In this document: positions 37,807 to 47,323 of the stretch, in pieces
Numbering within the stretch: position 1 is the stretch's first letter
Layout: every line of letters begins with the position of its first letter
Source of the DNA: Bacteroidota bacterium
GTDB taxonomy: Bacteria > Bacteroidota > Bacteroidia > JACPRZ01
Direction: 5' to 3'
DNA: 64,000 nucleotides
Assembly: GCA_016193485.1 (NCBI GenBank)
Contig: JACPRZ010000043.1
Span: 96,944 to 160,943, forward strand
Translations under genes and position numbers: made by a program
Notes under the pieces: model-generated
Told to the model about the DNA's origin: nothing
Database searches by the model: none
Seen by the model: the letters and a program-made list of their open reading frames with translations, nothing else

Positions 37807-37880
37807 TTCGTCTTCTGGCGGATTGGGGGAGCAAAAATAGAAAATCCACGAAAATCAGGATATTTGCACGTTCTTACTAT

Positions 37881-38879
37881 ATGAACTTCGACCAGATCAT
37901 AAAAAACATTAAGAACAAGGTCTATCATCCCGTATACCTGCTTACGGGCGATGAGCCCTATTTTATTGACTTCATCAGCGGGACTATCGAAAAAAATATT
38001 CTGACGGAAGAAGAAAAAGAGTTTAACCTGAGCATCCTCTACGGGCTTGAGACAGACCCGGTCACAGTGATGAACTATGCTAAGAGATATCCTATGATGT
38101 CGAACTACCAGGTCATAATAGTAAGGGAAGCGCAGAACCTGGATGATATTGACCAGATGGTATCCTATGTTGAAAATCCGCTAAAATCAACTATCCTCGT
38201 AATCTGTTATAAATACAAGTCGGTTGACAAGCGGAAAAAATTTTACAAGGCAATTGACAGGCATGGTGTTGTTTTTGAATCAAAACCTGTATATGAATCG
38301 CAGATCCCCGCATGGATAACCGGTTATCTCAAAGAAAAAGGATACCCGATACAGCCCCAGGCATCGGCTTTGCTTGCTGATTATTTGGGGAATGACCTCT
38401 CACGAATTGTGAATGAATTTGAAAAGTTGACGCTGAATATTCCTGCCCGAACTGCAATAACACCTGCGCACATTGAAAAATTCATCGGAATCAGCAAGGA
38501 TTTTAACACCTTTGAACTCCAGAAGGCGCTTGCCCAGCGCGATATCAGGAAAGCAAACAGTATCATCAATTACCTCAATGCGAATCAAAAAAGCAACCCA
38601 TTGATACTGACCCTGGCCAACCTCTTCTCATTTTTCAGTAAGGTATTTACCTACCATTATCTTAAAGACAAATCAAAAAACAATGTTGCCGCAGCGCTTA
38701 AAATTAATCCCTGGTTTGTCCAGGAGTATGAAATGGCATCGCGCAAATACAATACGGAAAAACTTAAAACGGTAATTACGGATATAAGGGAATATGATGC
38801 CCGGCTAAAGGGAATTAACCGCGGTGCAATAACAGATGGTGAATTATTAAGGGAACTGGTATGGAAGATACTGCATTGA
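37881..38879 (+). CDS. holA: DNA polymerase III subunit delta
   Basis: N-terminus VYLLTGDEPYFID, QVIIVREAQNL, and size 332 aa match the HolA pattern. Confidence 0.8.
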   Translation: MNFDQIIKNIKNKVYHPVYLLTGDEPYFIDFISGTIEKNILTEEEKEFNLSILYGLETDPVTVMNYAKRYPMMSNYQVIIVREAQNLDDIDQMVSYVENPLKSTILVICYKYKSVDKRKKFYKAIDRHGVVFESKPVYESQIPAWITGYLKEKGYPIQPQASALLADYLGNDLSRIVNEFEKLTLNIPARTAITPAHIEKFIGISKDFNTFELQKALAQRDIRKANSIINYLNANQKSNPLILTLANLFSFFSKVFTYHYLKDKSKNNVAAALKINPWFVQEYEMASRKYNTEKLKTVITDIREYDARLKGINRGAITDGELLRELVWKILH

Positions 38880-38947
38880 GAGGGATAGAGGGATAGAAGG
38901 AAATTCCCTATACCTTAATACCTTATTTCTTATACCTTCATACTCCA

Positions 38948-39508
38948 TTACTTCAACCCCAACTCTTTGATAACATCTCTGTAAATATCAACTGCATCGC
39001 TGCTGTAGAGGACAATTCCCTGGCTGCGGTCCAGAACAACAGAATAACCCTTTGCCACCGCCACTTTTTTAATTGCCTTTTGTACCGTATCCATTACCGG
39101 CTTAAAAAGTTCGCTCTGCTTATTGCGGTAATCCTGCTGCGCCTTTACCTGGAAATCGGAAATCCGTTGCCGCAGGTCATTTAATTCTTTCAGTTTGGTG
39201 TCTTTTATTAAAGGAGAATAGGAGGCGCTGTCTTTAATAAATTCTTCCGCCTTACGGTTGTACTCCTCCTGCATTTTTCCGACTTCATTCTCAAGTTGGC
39301 TCAGGTAATCCTGTGCCGATTTCTGCGCTGCCTGAACCGAAGGCATCTGCAAAAGAATTGAGTCAACATGAACCACCGCCACCTTCTGGGCAAAAAGGAG
39401 GTTGGAAACCGGAAAAAGTGTAAAAATGAAACATTTAACTAAAAAAGCAGTATAACTACCCGTTGGTGTAATTAATACGTCATTAAAAAATTTCCTAATG
39501 GTTGTCAT
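38948..39508 (-). CDS. OmpH/Skp-family periplasmic chaperone
   Basis: Hydrophobic N-terminus, long coiled-coil (KELNDLRQRISDFQVKAQQDY), C-terminal AVAKGYSVVLD. Confidence 0.7.
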   Translation of the reverse strand: MTTIRKFFNDVLITPTGSYTAFLVKCFIFTLFPVSNLLFAQKVAVVHVDSILLQMPSVQAAQKSAQDYLSQLENEVGKMQEEYNRKAEEFIKDSASYSPLIKDTKLKELNDLRQRISDFQVKAQQDYRNKQSELFKPVMDTVQKAIKKVAVAKGYSVVLDRSQGIVLYSSDAVDIYRDVIKELGLK

Positions 39509-39695
39509 TTGAATTAAAATTAGTATATTTGGGGCGGTTAATAATTATATCCGGGTAAACCCGGAGTGTTGATTTTCGCAAAGGTACTGTTTTTCACCTT
39601 GTCATTTTTTTATGAATATTTCAGAAGCAAAAATAAAAATCACTTAAATCACCACTGTTGACAGGATTTTCTGTCTACTTAAATGAAATTTTTTT

Positions 39696-41339
39696 ATGAG
39701 AACATTTTTACTCCTGCAAAGGTATCGGGATATTCCTTATTCCCTGTACATTATTCCTTTTATTTTTTTCATCTTCTGTCCGTACCTTTTTTCGCAGGGT
39801 ATTTACAACAACGGTGCGTACATTGTGATCCAGACAGGCGCTTATGTTTATATTGACGGAGACGGCAGTGGCGACTACCGCAATGAAACAAGTACCTCAA
39901 ACGGCTCCATTGACCTTGACGGGGAACTCATTCTTGAGGGCGACTGGACCAATAATGCAACTGGCGGTAACGTCTTTATCAACATTGAAGGCGCTCCTGA
40001 CGGGTGGACAAGATTCAAAGGAACTACCAACCAGACCATAGGCGGGACAAGAGATACTTACTTTGAAAAATTTGAAGTTAATAATACGGCTGCGGGAACA
40101 TCGGTTACCCTGAACCGTGATGTCAATGTCTTTGGCTCCTGCGCCATGACAGACGGAGTGATATCCACAGGAGCAAATTATTTCATTCTGAGAAGTACAA
40201 CCGCAGCAGATCTCTCCGGTTTCAGCAGCGGCAGTTTTGTATATGGAAACCTGAGGCGCTATATTGCTTCCAACACCAGCACTTATGATTTTCCGGTGGG
40301 CAGCAATAATGCTTCAACAAATTATTACCGCAGTGATTTTATCAACGGTAACCTGACCGGTGTATCTTACCTTACCGCTTCGGTCGGCATCCTGGCGGAA
40401 GGAGGTAATAATGTGGATGCAAGAGTTATCAGCAATCCTAATGCTTTTGAGGGTGGGCAGCAATACCAGAATGTTGTAGGCCCGGCTGCCGGCCAGGCGA
40501 CAGAATGGACTTTTATTCCTGATGCCCCAGTCGGAACCGGCAACTATAACTTGAACCTTTATGTAGCCAATATTAGCGAACTATCGGCAGCAGATGATGA
40601 TAAATTCAATATTTTAAAACGACCTGACGGGTCATCGGATTATAACGACTGGGATGCCCTGGATGCAACCACATCCATACCGGCCAATGGCGGTGCCGGC
40701 AGAATATACAGCGCAGGTGCCGGTTATGCGCAGAAGAACGGCTTTACCTCATTCTCCAAATTCGTCATTGCCAAGGCGGACAATCCGCTTCCCGTTGAAT
40801 TACTCTATTTTTCCGGAGTATGCGAGGGGGGGGTGGTAAAATTATCATGGGCGACTGCATCCGAAACAAATTCGGATTATTTTACGGTTGAGAAAAGTGA
40901 AGACGGCATTACTTTCCGGCCCATTGGAGAAATTCCGGCACAGGGAAACAGCCATTCAGTGGTTTTATATAATTATTCAGATGCTGTATTGCCTGAAAAC
41001 GTATCGTATTACATCCTGAAACAAACCGACATTGACGGTAAAACCGAACAATTTGCAACCATAGCGGTTGATGCTTGCGCTGAAACAACCACTGGCGATG
41101 AAATCAATGCCTGGTCCGCTGGTGACGGATTTATCGTGATACGGATTATTAAAAATTCTGGCGGTGAAGAAAATTACCCTGTCACCCTTTTTGATATGGT
41201 TGCAAGGGAGGTCTTATCCGCTGCCATTCATGTTGATGAAGGCGCAAATCATGCGGTGCTTAACACCGGAAATCTTGCACCTGCCTTGTATATTCTCAAT
41301 GTCAATAATTCATATAAACGGAAGTTGGCGCTTTATTAA
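39696..41339 (+). CDS. secreted repeat protein sharing a beta-sandwich module with the 47324-51808 adhesin; divergent T9SS-like C-terminus
   Basis: Signal/anchor; segment PLPVELLYFSGVCEGGVVKLSWATASETNSDYFTVEKS...YYILKQTDIDGK is paralogous to 51210-51540 of the giant adhesin. Confidence 0.6.
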   Translation: MRTFLLLQRYRDIPYSLYIIPFIFFIFCPYLFSQGIYNNGAYIVIQTGAYVYIDGDGSGDYRNETSTSNGSIDLDGELILEGDWTNNATGGNVFINIEGAPDGWTRFKGTTNQTIGGTRDTYFEKFEVNNTAAGTSVTLNRDVNVFGSCAMTDGVISTGANYFILRSTTAADLSGFSSGSFVYGNLRRYIASNTSTYDFPVGSNNASTNYYRSDFINGNLTGVSYLTASVGILAEGGNNVDARVISNPNAFEGGQQYQNVVGPAAGQATEWTFIPDAPVGTGNYNLNLYVANISELSAADDDKFNILKRPDGSSDYNDWDALDATTSIPANGGAGRIYSAGAGYAQKNGFTSFSKFVIAKADNPLPVELLYFSGVCEGGVVKLSWATASETNSDYFTVEKSEDGITFRPIGEIPAQGNSHSVVLYNYSDAVLPENVSYYILKQTDIDGKTEQFATIAVDACAETTTGDEINAWSAGDGFIVIRIIKNSGGEENYPVTLFDMVAREVLSAAIHVDEGANHAVLNTGNLAPALYILNVNNSYKRKLALY

Positions 41340-41341
41340 AT

Positions 41342-42151
41342 ATGAGCAAACCGGTTTTTAATATCAAAATCACATCGCCTGATGCAATGACAGCGGAAGT
41401 GCCTGCGCTTTTTGACTCAGGCGCATATTATACATTAATAAGGGAAGATAAATTGCCTTCAAAAAATTTTTTAATTTACAAAGTGCCGGAAATATTGGAC
41501 ACCGCAACAAAAGGAGGCGCACTCAAAGTAATTGGTTCATTAGAAATAATTATTGAACACCTGGATAAAAAAATAAAGACGCTCGCATTAGTGTCGCCCG
41601 ATATGACAAGGGAAATGATAGTGGGTGCCATAACCATGCAGGAATGGGATATTGTAATAAAAAATAAAAACGGAAGCGCCAAAGTAAATATCGGCAGGGA
41701 TATGCGCGACCCGGAAATTACGGAAGTTTGTTATGTCAGGGAGATTATTACCCCTGAAAATCTGCTTCATGAAGCCGTTTCCCTGCAGTTATTCCTGACA
41801 TATTGTGCCGAATGCGAAGATGATATTGATTACAAGATAAAACTGATTTCATTTATTGAACGCGCCAAACAAATTCATGCACTGCTGAAAGAACAATACA
41901 AAATAAAAAAAGAAAAACAGCCGGCAATTGAAGAAATTCGCGCTTTTTATGATAAGAATTGGCCCGGCTATATGAGACGCGGCTATAATTCCCTTTCGCA
42001 TGCTTTCGGTATTTTCGGCTGGTTGGGCGGAGATATGGAAGGCGGACCTCCCGTTGAAAAATATACTTTATCAATAATGGAAATGCTCAGGCACGACATA
42101 TTATCTCTCTTGCATGAATGGCAAAATAAAAAACGTCATCTGAAAAAATAG
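41342..42151 (+). CDS. retropepsin-like (clan AA) aspartic protease domain protein with unknown C-terminal domain
   Basis: N-terminal VPALFDSGAYYTLI (hydrophobic-hydrophobic-D-S-G-A active-site loop) and IVGAITMQEWDIVI closing strand; about 150-aa extra C-terminal domain. Confidence 0.6.
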   Translation: MSKPVFNIKITSPDAMTAEVPALFDSGAYYTLIREDKLPSKNFLIYKVPEILDTATKGGALKVIGSLEIIIEHLDKKIKTLALVSPDMTREMIVGAITMQEWDIVIKNKNGSAKVNIGRDMRDPEITEVCYVREIITPENLLHEAVSLQLFLTYCAECEDDIDYKIKLISFIERAKQIHALLKEQYKIKKEKQPAIEEIRAFYDKNWPGYMRRGYNSLSHAFGIFGWLGGDMEGGPPVEKYTLSIMEMLRHDILSLLHEWQNKKRHLKK

Positions 42152-42185
42152 TTATTGTAGAATTTTAAACAACATCAGTTTAAAA

Positions 42186-42791
42186 ATGAGGACGCAAAAC
42201 ATAAGGATAGACCCGAACTGGGTAAATAAAAATAAAGACATAGTAGAGAAATATGCCGGCAAATGGATAGCCATTAACCCGGAAAAAGGAATTATCGGAT
42301 TTAGCGATTCCATAAAAAAATTATCAGAACAATGCGATGCATTAAACATTCCGTATATTTTTTATCATGTTCCTTTATATTCTGGTGTTTTAAGATTTAT
42401 CCCCATTTATTTTAAAAGTGCGGTTACCAATAACTGGCGCCCTGTTTATCCTGCTCAACTCCGCAATAATAAAAATATAATAAAAGGATTTTTCTTAATA
42501 GACAGTGGCGCTGATTCCTCATTGATCAGCAAAGAAGCCGGAAAGCAACTCGGTTTTATCAAACAAACAGACGATGCCGTTTTAACTGCCTTTGGAATTG
42601 GGGGAACAGTTGAATACATATTGAAAATGGTTGATTGCACCATTGACGGACATACGCTCAAAATACCGGTTGCATGGATACAAACCGATGATATAGATGA
42701 TATGATAATAGGCAGAGATGTTGTTTTTGATTATTTTGATATTGAATTTAAACAAAAGACAAAAAAAATAGTTTTTAAACCTGTAAAATAA
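42186..42791 (+). CDS. two-domain protein: small N-terminal domain plus C-terminal retropepsin-like aspartic protease
   Basis: C-terminal FFLIDSGADSSLIS (D-S-G-A) and IIGRDVVFDYFDIEF; N-terminal 90 aa (KYAGKWIAINPEKGIIGFSDSIKKL) resembles small antitoxin-like DUF5678-type domains (uncertain). Confidence 0.6.
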   Translation: MRTQNIRIDPNWVNKNKDIVEKYAGKWIAINPEKGIIGFSDSIKKLSEQCDALNIPYIFYHVPLYSGVLRFIPIYFKSAVTNNWRPVYPAQLRNNKNIIKGFFLIDSGADSSLISKEAGKQLGFIKQTDDAVLTAFGIGGTVEYILKMVDCTIDGHTLKIPVAWIQTDDIDDMIIGRDVVFDYFDIEFKQKTKKIVFKPVK

Positions 42792-42868
42792 ACCACAGAC
42801 AAGAGCAAACGAAAATCAGAAGCAACCAAAAAAGTTTTCATACAGATAAACAAAATATCCCCAAACCC

Positions 42869-45082
42869 ATGAAAAAAATATTATTTTCATGCGCAGTTGT
42901 TCTTTGCGCTCTCACCGCAAGGGCGCAGAATGTTGGAGTGAATACCGATGGCACCGCACCTACAGAACTCCTGCATGTTAAAAGCAACCAGGCAACTGAT
43001 AACACGTTGCTATTAGAGCACACCAATGGCGCGCAGGAATTAGCGCTTCGCTTCCTTACTCCGACTGCAAGCGCTGACTGGAAATTATATATTCCCGCAT
43101 CCTCTTCCAACCTGCGGCTGTACAATACTGCCGACAGGGTTACTTTTCTCTCTACCGGAACAGTGCAATTTAATGCATACACCACTAACGGCATTGTGCG
43201 CACTACTGGCGGAACAGGAACTCTATCAAGCACCGGGGGCGCAATAAGTTTAACAACAGAAGTTACAGGAACTTTGCCCGTTGGCAATGGTGGTACGGGC
43301 CTTACTGCAATTCCCCTAGGTATTCTCAGAGGCGATGGCGCTTCTGCAATTACTGGTACCACAGGTACGCAATATGGTGTTCCTTATTGGGCTACCACCA
43401 GCACACTCGGTTCTACTGCTGCCGGTACAACCACAACTCTATTGCACGGCAATGCAGCCGGAGCGCCAACTTTTGGCGCAGTAAGTTTAACAGCAGATGT
43501 TACAGGTGTTTTGCCCTTTGCCAATGGTGGAACGAATGCAAACTTAACTGCAGTAAACGGAGGTATGATTTGGAGCAATGCATCGCAAATGCAGATTACG
43601 CCTGTGGGTACTGCCGGACAATTTCTGCAGAGCAATGGAGCAGCCGCTCCTACATGGGCAACAGGAGGGCTGCTCAGCGGTGGAACGGCTAATTATAATA
43701 CTTATTGGACAGGAGCAACTACTGTCGGAGCGGAGCAATATGTTGCCATAAGCCGTGGAGGAACAAATATCGGAACCATCGGTGCAATTGGCTCTGTAAT
43801 ATATTCCAACGGAACACAGCATGCTTCAACTGCGGTAGGTACGGCAGGACAGGTATTAATATCAAACGGAGGCGCAGCGCCAACCTTTGGCGCTGTACCG
43901 GGTGGAGGGAATAACTGGGGAATATTAGGCAATGCAGGAACGGCTGTTGCCACAAACTTCGTTGGAACTACCGATGCTGTTGCACTTGCATTCAGAACTA
44001 ATAATACTGAAAAAATGAGAATACAATCTGCTGATGGAGAAGTAATTATTGGAGCTGTTGCTTCTCCATATGCGGGAGATTTGCTTTCTGGTAGAGGTAC
44101 TGCAGCACTTCCATTTGCCGTAAATGGATATACTGACCAAAATGGTTCTGGTACTTGGGGTGAAGTTCTCGGAGGGGCGACCAATTTTTCCGCTATTCAA
44201 GGTGTGTATAGTGGAACCGGAGTTGGAGCAGGAGCTTTAGGCAACTACAATGGAACCAATACGGCTAACACGCGTGCAGGAGTTGTTGGGGTAATGTCCA
44301 CACCTGCTGCTACTAACAATGGAACTGGGGTTTTGGGAAATCATACTACAGCATCAGGTAATGCCCATATGGGAGTTTTAGGAATTTATGCCGGCACCTC
44401 TTATGGTATAGGTGCTTATGGTATTGGATTTGGTGGGGGTATTGTTGCAGGAAATTTTGATTTTGGAGTAGTGGGATGGAGAGCAAATAATGCAAATTAT
44501 AGTGGATATTATAACGGGAACCATGTTATTGCTAATGGAACTAAAACTGCCAGCGTTGGTACAAGCAAAGGAAATCAGCTTCTTTATTGTATGGAGAGCA
44601 CTGAAATTTGGTTTGAAGATGTAGGAAGGGCTAAATTAACAAATGGTTATATTGAAGTTAAATTAGATGAATTATTTTTAGAAACTGTATTTATAGACGA
44701 TACACATCCTATGCATATATTTGTTCAGGAAGAAGGGGAGTCAAATGGCTTAATAGTGATTCCCGGCAAAGATGGTTTTATTGTGAGAGAAAAAAACAAC
44801 GGAACATCAAACATCAGTTTTTCATACAGAATAATGGCTAAACGGCTTAATTTTCAAGACCACCGATTTGGTAATGATCCGGTCTGGGGTTCCGGTGATA
44901 CTCGAAAGTATTCACAGTATGCGCCTCCTCCTCCAGTAGATTATTATGAAAATGTAAAATTTCAGGAAGACAAAAAGAAAAATTGGAAACCTACACCTAT
45001 GCCTGAAGGATTTGTAGATTATCTTACACTTATGCGTGAACTCGGAGAAAAAAAGGTTACAAAGGATAATCCAACAAAATAA
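42869..45082 (+). CDS. secreted Gly/Thr/Ala-rich repeat protein with phage tail-fibre-like repeats
   Basis: Signal peptide; recurring units ISLTTEVTGTLPVGNGGTGLTA / VSLTADVTGVLPFANGGTNANLTA and AAPTFGAV / AAPTWATG; no T9SS tail recognised. Confidence 0.55.
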   Translation: MKKILFSCAVVLCALTARAQNVGVNTDGTAPTELLHVKSNQATDNTLLLEHTNGAQELALRFLTPTASADWKLYIPASSSNLRLYNTADRVTFLSTGTVQFNAYTTNGIVRTTGGTGTLSSTGGAISLTTEVTGTLPVGNGGTGLTAIPLGILRGDGASAITGTTGTQYGVPYWATTSTLGSTAAGTTTTLLHGNAAGAPTFGAVSLTADVTGVLPFANGGTNANLTAVNGGMIWSNASQMQITPVGTAGQFLQSNGAAAPTWATGGLLSGGTANYNTYWTGATTVGAEQYVAISRGGTNIGTIGAIGSVIYSNGTQHASTAVGTAGQVLISNGGAAPTFGAVPGGGNNWGILGNAGTAVATNFVGTTDAVALAFRTNNTEKMRIQSADGEVIIGAVASPYAGDLLSGRGTAALPFAVNGYTDQNGSGTWGEVLGGATNFSAIQGVYSGTGVGAGALGNYNGTNTANTRAGVVGVMSTPAATNNGTGVLGNHTTASGNAHMGVLGIYAGTSYGIGAYGIGFGGGIVAGNFDFGVVGWRANNANYSGYYNGNHVIANGTKTASVGTSKGNQLLYCMESTEIWFEDVGRAKLTNGYIEVKLDELFLETVFIDDTHPMHIFVQEEGESNGLIVIPGKDGFIVREKNNGTSNISFSYRIMAKRLNFQDHRFGNDPVWGSGDTRKYSQYAPPPPVDYYENVKFQEDKKKNWKPTPMPEGFVDYLTLMRELGEKKVTKDNPTK

Positions 45083-45194
45083 AAAAAAAGAAAATAAATC
45101 GTTCCTCAACGAAAAGAAGAGTTTAATAATAAAAAACCGTACACAGGAGACAATAAAAAAATAAGCAGCAGCGGCAGAAAAAGAAGTAAACACA

Positions 45195-45446
45195 ATGAAA
45201 CTATCTGATCATGCAAAAAACAAACTTGAAATATACAATATAAATGAGGATGAAGTTATCAGCAAATGCAACAAGCAGATTTATGAATTTTACGATACAA
45301 AGGAGGAGTCGCACATAAAAATAATTGAACTGCAGGAAATACTTTTTGCAGTAGTTTATAACAATAAAGCGCAAATGATAGTAACGGTGTACAGAACAGA
45401 CCGAAGAACAATAAACAACAGGCAAAAAAATAAAAGATGGATTTAA
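45195..45446 (+). CDS. DUF4258-like small toxin-like protein
   Basis: 83 aa; LSDHAKNKLEIYNINEDEV...MIVTVYRTD pattern resembles DUF4258; overlaps the next ORF by 10 nt. Confidence 0.45.
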   Translation: MKLSDHAKNKLEIYNINEDEVISKCNKQIYEFYDTKEESHIKIIELQEILFAVVYNNKAQMIVTVYRTDRRTINNRQKNKRWI

Positions 45447-45661
45447 AACTTAAATACGGAACATTTAAAAAGCGTGTTGACAGCGAAACCGGCAGCATCC
45501 TTTTTTACAGAGATGATATTAAAGGGCTGCCTGATAAGGTTTATCAGGGGGATGGATTTACTGTTGAAGTAAAAAACAGCCAAATATATCTCATTGACAT
45601 TTTTAATGCCGAAAAAGTACTGAACAACTTGCTGAAAAGCGTAAAAAAAGAAGTTGCGTAA
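45437..45661 (+). CDS. DUF2283-like small antitoxin-like protein
   Basis: 74 aa; ...GDGFTVEVKNSQIYLIDIFNAEKVL resembles the DUF2283 C-terminal beta hairpin; translationally coupled to the preceding ORF. Confidence 0.45.
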   Translation: MDLKLKYGTFKKRVDSETGSILFYRDDIKGLPDKVYQGDGFTVEVKNSQIYLIDIFNAEKVLNNLLKSVKKEVA

Positions 45662-45719
45662 AAAAGAGAAAGTCCCGCTGTGCAGAATTTTGGTGCTCAC
45701 TATAATTTTCGTGATGTTG

Positions 45720-45744
45720 GGTGCCTGCCGGACAGGCAGGCACC
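45720..45744. repeat. perfect palindrome ggtgcctgccggacaggcaggcacc
   Basis: 10-bp stem; shares the caggcagg/cctgcctg core with 24011-24031 and 37746-37806. Confidence 0.55.
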
Positions 45745-46298
45745 TGACGCCACGTGAACACTCATAATCACTTACCTCGCATAACAGGAAAAGAAAAGGA
45801 AAAACAAACATCCCATGGGCAAAATAAAACAACATATAGAAATAGGCGAAAAAAAGTACCGGGCGCTATTTGACCCCGAATCCGCAAGTATACAATGAAG
45901 CACATCATTTATTTGAGTGAATCGTTTCAAAGTGAACATGCGGATACGGGGTTTGATACCGGTGCGCGCAATAATTAAGCACGCCAAACCAACTCCGGTT
46001 TCAGGAAATATCTGCTGAATTGAATAAGTTTATACCATTGCGTATAATACCAAATGGTATAAAACATGAAAGATTCCCCATTTATTTATGGTTCTACAGT
46101 AAGCGGACATTCATTTGCCTAAAGGCAAACTTGAAATGGACAAACTAAAAATTTGTAACTGCCTCCCGTGCAAAGTTTGCAGATTCCTCCAGGATGGTCT
46201 CCTCTTCATTTAATACGTAACGGACTTTGATTTGTCCACAGCGGCCATGCTGGCAAGTATACGGATCAGCCCATTATCCGGCAAATTGCTTTTGGCAT

Positions 46299-46314
46299 CC
46301 CGATATCTATCGGG
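46299..46314. repeat. palindrome cccgatatctatcggg
   Basis: Identical core to 57961-57976; related to 34572-34589; preceded by ggcat as in the element at 1291-1314. Confidence 0.55.
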
Positions 46315-46615
46315 GTCAAACACCATCAGTATTGAAAACATCACTGCCGGTATTATTCTGTCTTTTACCATGTAAAAAGTGTCCTGCAATCCGCAAAAAG
46401 CATATAAATGAAACATTTGGCAATAATAACCGTATAACCAGAGGTTGGTGCTTATTTCGTCAGCACTAAATTTAAAAGGGTTGTCATTTTAATAAATATT
46501 GTTATATTTGCCACGATGATAATTCTGGATTTTTTTAATAGCACACTGAAATAATCACGAACCTTGATTTTAAAGAAAAAGATTTTTATTCCGGTCGCAC
46601 ACAATTAAGATCTTT

Positions 46616-47314
46616 TTGTATCACAATCCTTCAACCCCGATATTTCCAATGAAAAATTCTGTTCGGATTTTTATGGTATTTGTTTTATTTTATACGGGTC
46701 AGATTATTTTTGCCCAGGAAAGAAGCGTTGAAAGTATTAATACCTCAACCACAAAAGATGTCATTAAACCTGAAAGCGTAAAATATCTTCAAATGGAAAA
46801 AAGAACAGCCGGTGATTATCCATTCCCTGAAAACAGTAAAAAATCCGGAGTTCAAAAAGAAGAAAAAACAGGTTCTGCCTCCCGCCAGGAAGTTTTTATT
46901 GACGTATCCGTAAGGGAATGTGATATTTTTAAAAGCCCGGTTGTTGCAAAATATGTTTCGCCCGAAAAACTTAATAATATCCGGTTAAAAAATCCCGGTA
47001 ACCTGAACCATATTGATTACTATTTTAATAAATCGTTCCTGTTTGAACTTATCCCCGGAACCGTGTGCGACCAGAAGATTATAAATGAGTTCATCGCAAA
47101 TTTCGACCCCTATAAATATGAACCGCAACGAAAAGAAACGGAAAAAGCCGTTATTGAATTTTCCGAATACGGAGTAAAAGTAATTCTGTTACCCAAAAGT
47201 GAAATGCCTGTTGAAGTTCAGAAGTACATTGCTAAACGGGAAAAGGGTGGCTGTATCGGTTGTATTAACGGCAGGCCAATGCCGCAAAAAGCCGGTAGCA
47301 TAAAAAATAAGTAA
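46616..47314 (+). CDS. hypothetical secreted protein
   Basis: Signal peptide (MKNSVRIFMVFVLFYTGQIIFAQ from the internal Met); ends 10 bp before the giant adhesin gene. Confidence 0.5.
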   Translation: MYHNPSTPIFPMKNSVRIFMVFVLFYTGQIIFAQERSVESINTSTTKDVIKPESVKYLQMEKRTAGDYPFPENSKKSGVQKEEKTGSASRQEVFIDVSVRECDIFKSPVVAKYVSPEKLNNIRLKNPGNLNHIDYYFNKSFLFELIPGTVCDQKIINEFIANFDPYKYEPQRKETEKAVIEFSEYGVKVILLPKSEMPVEVQKYIAKREKGGCIGCINGRPMPQKAGSIKNK

Positions 47315-47323
47315 CAAGGTATT

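Noticed and set aside
36320-37849. ORF-track start of lpxC/fabZ at 37849 (extra 43 aa MDFLFLLPQSARRR...)
   Set aside because: The extension is Arg/Ser-rich, covers the palindromic repeat at 37746-37806, and LpxC homologues begin near MTEKQ; internal start at 37720 preferred.
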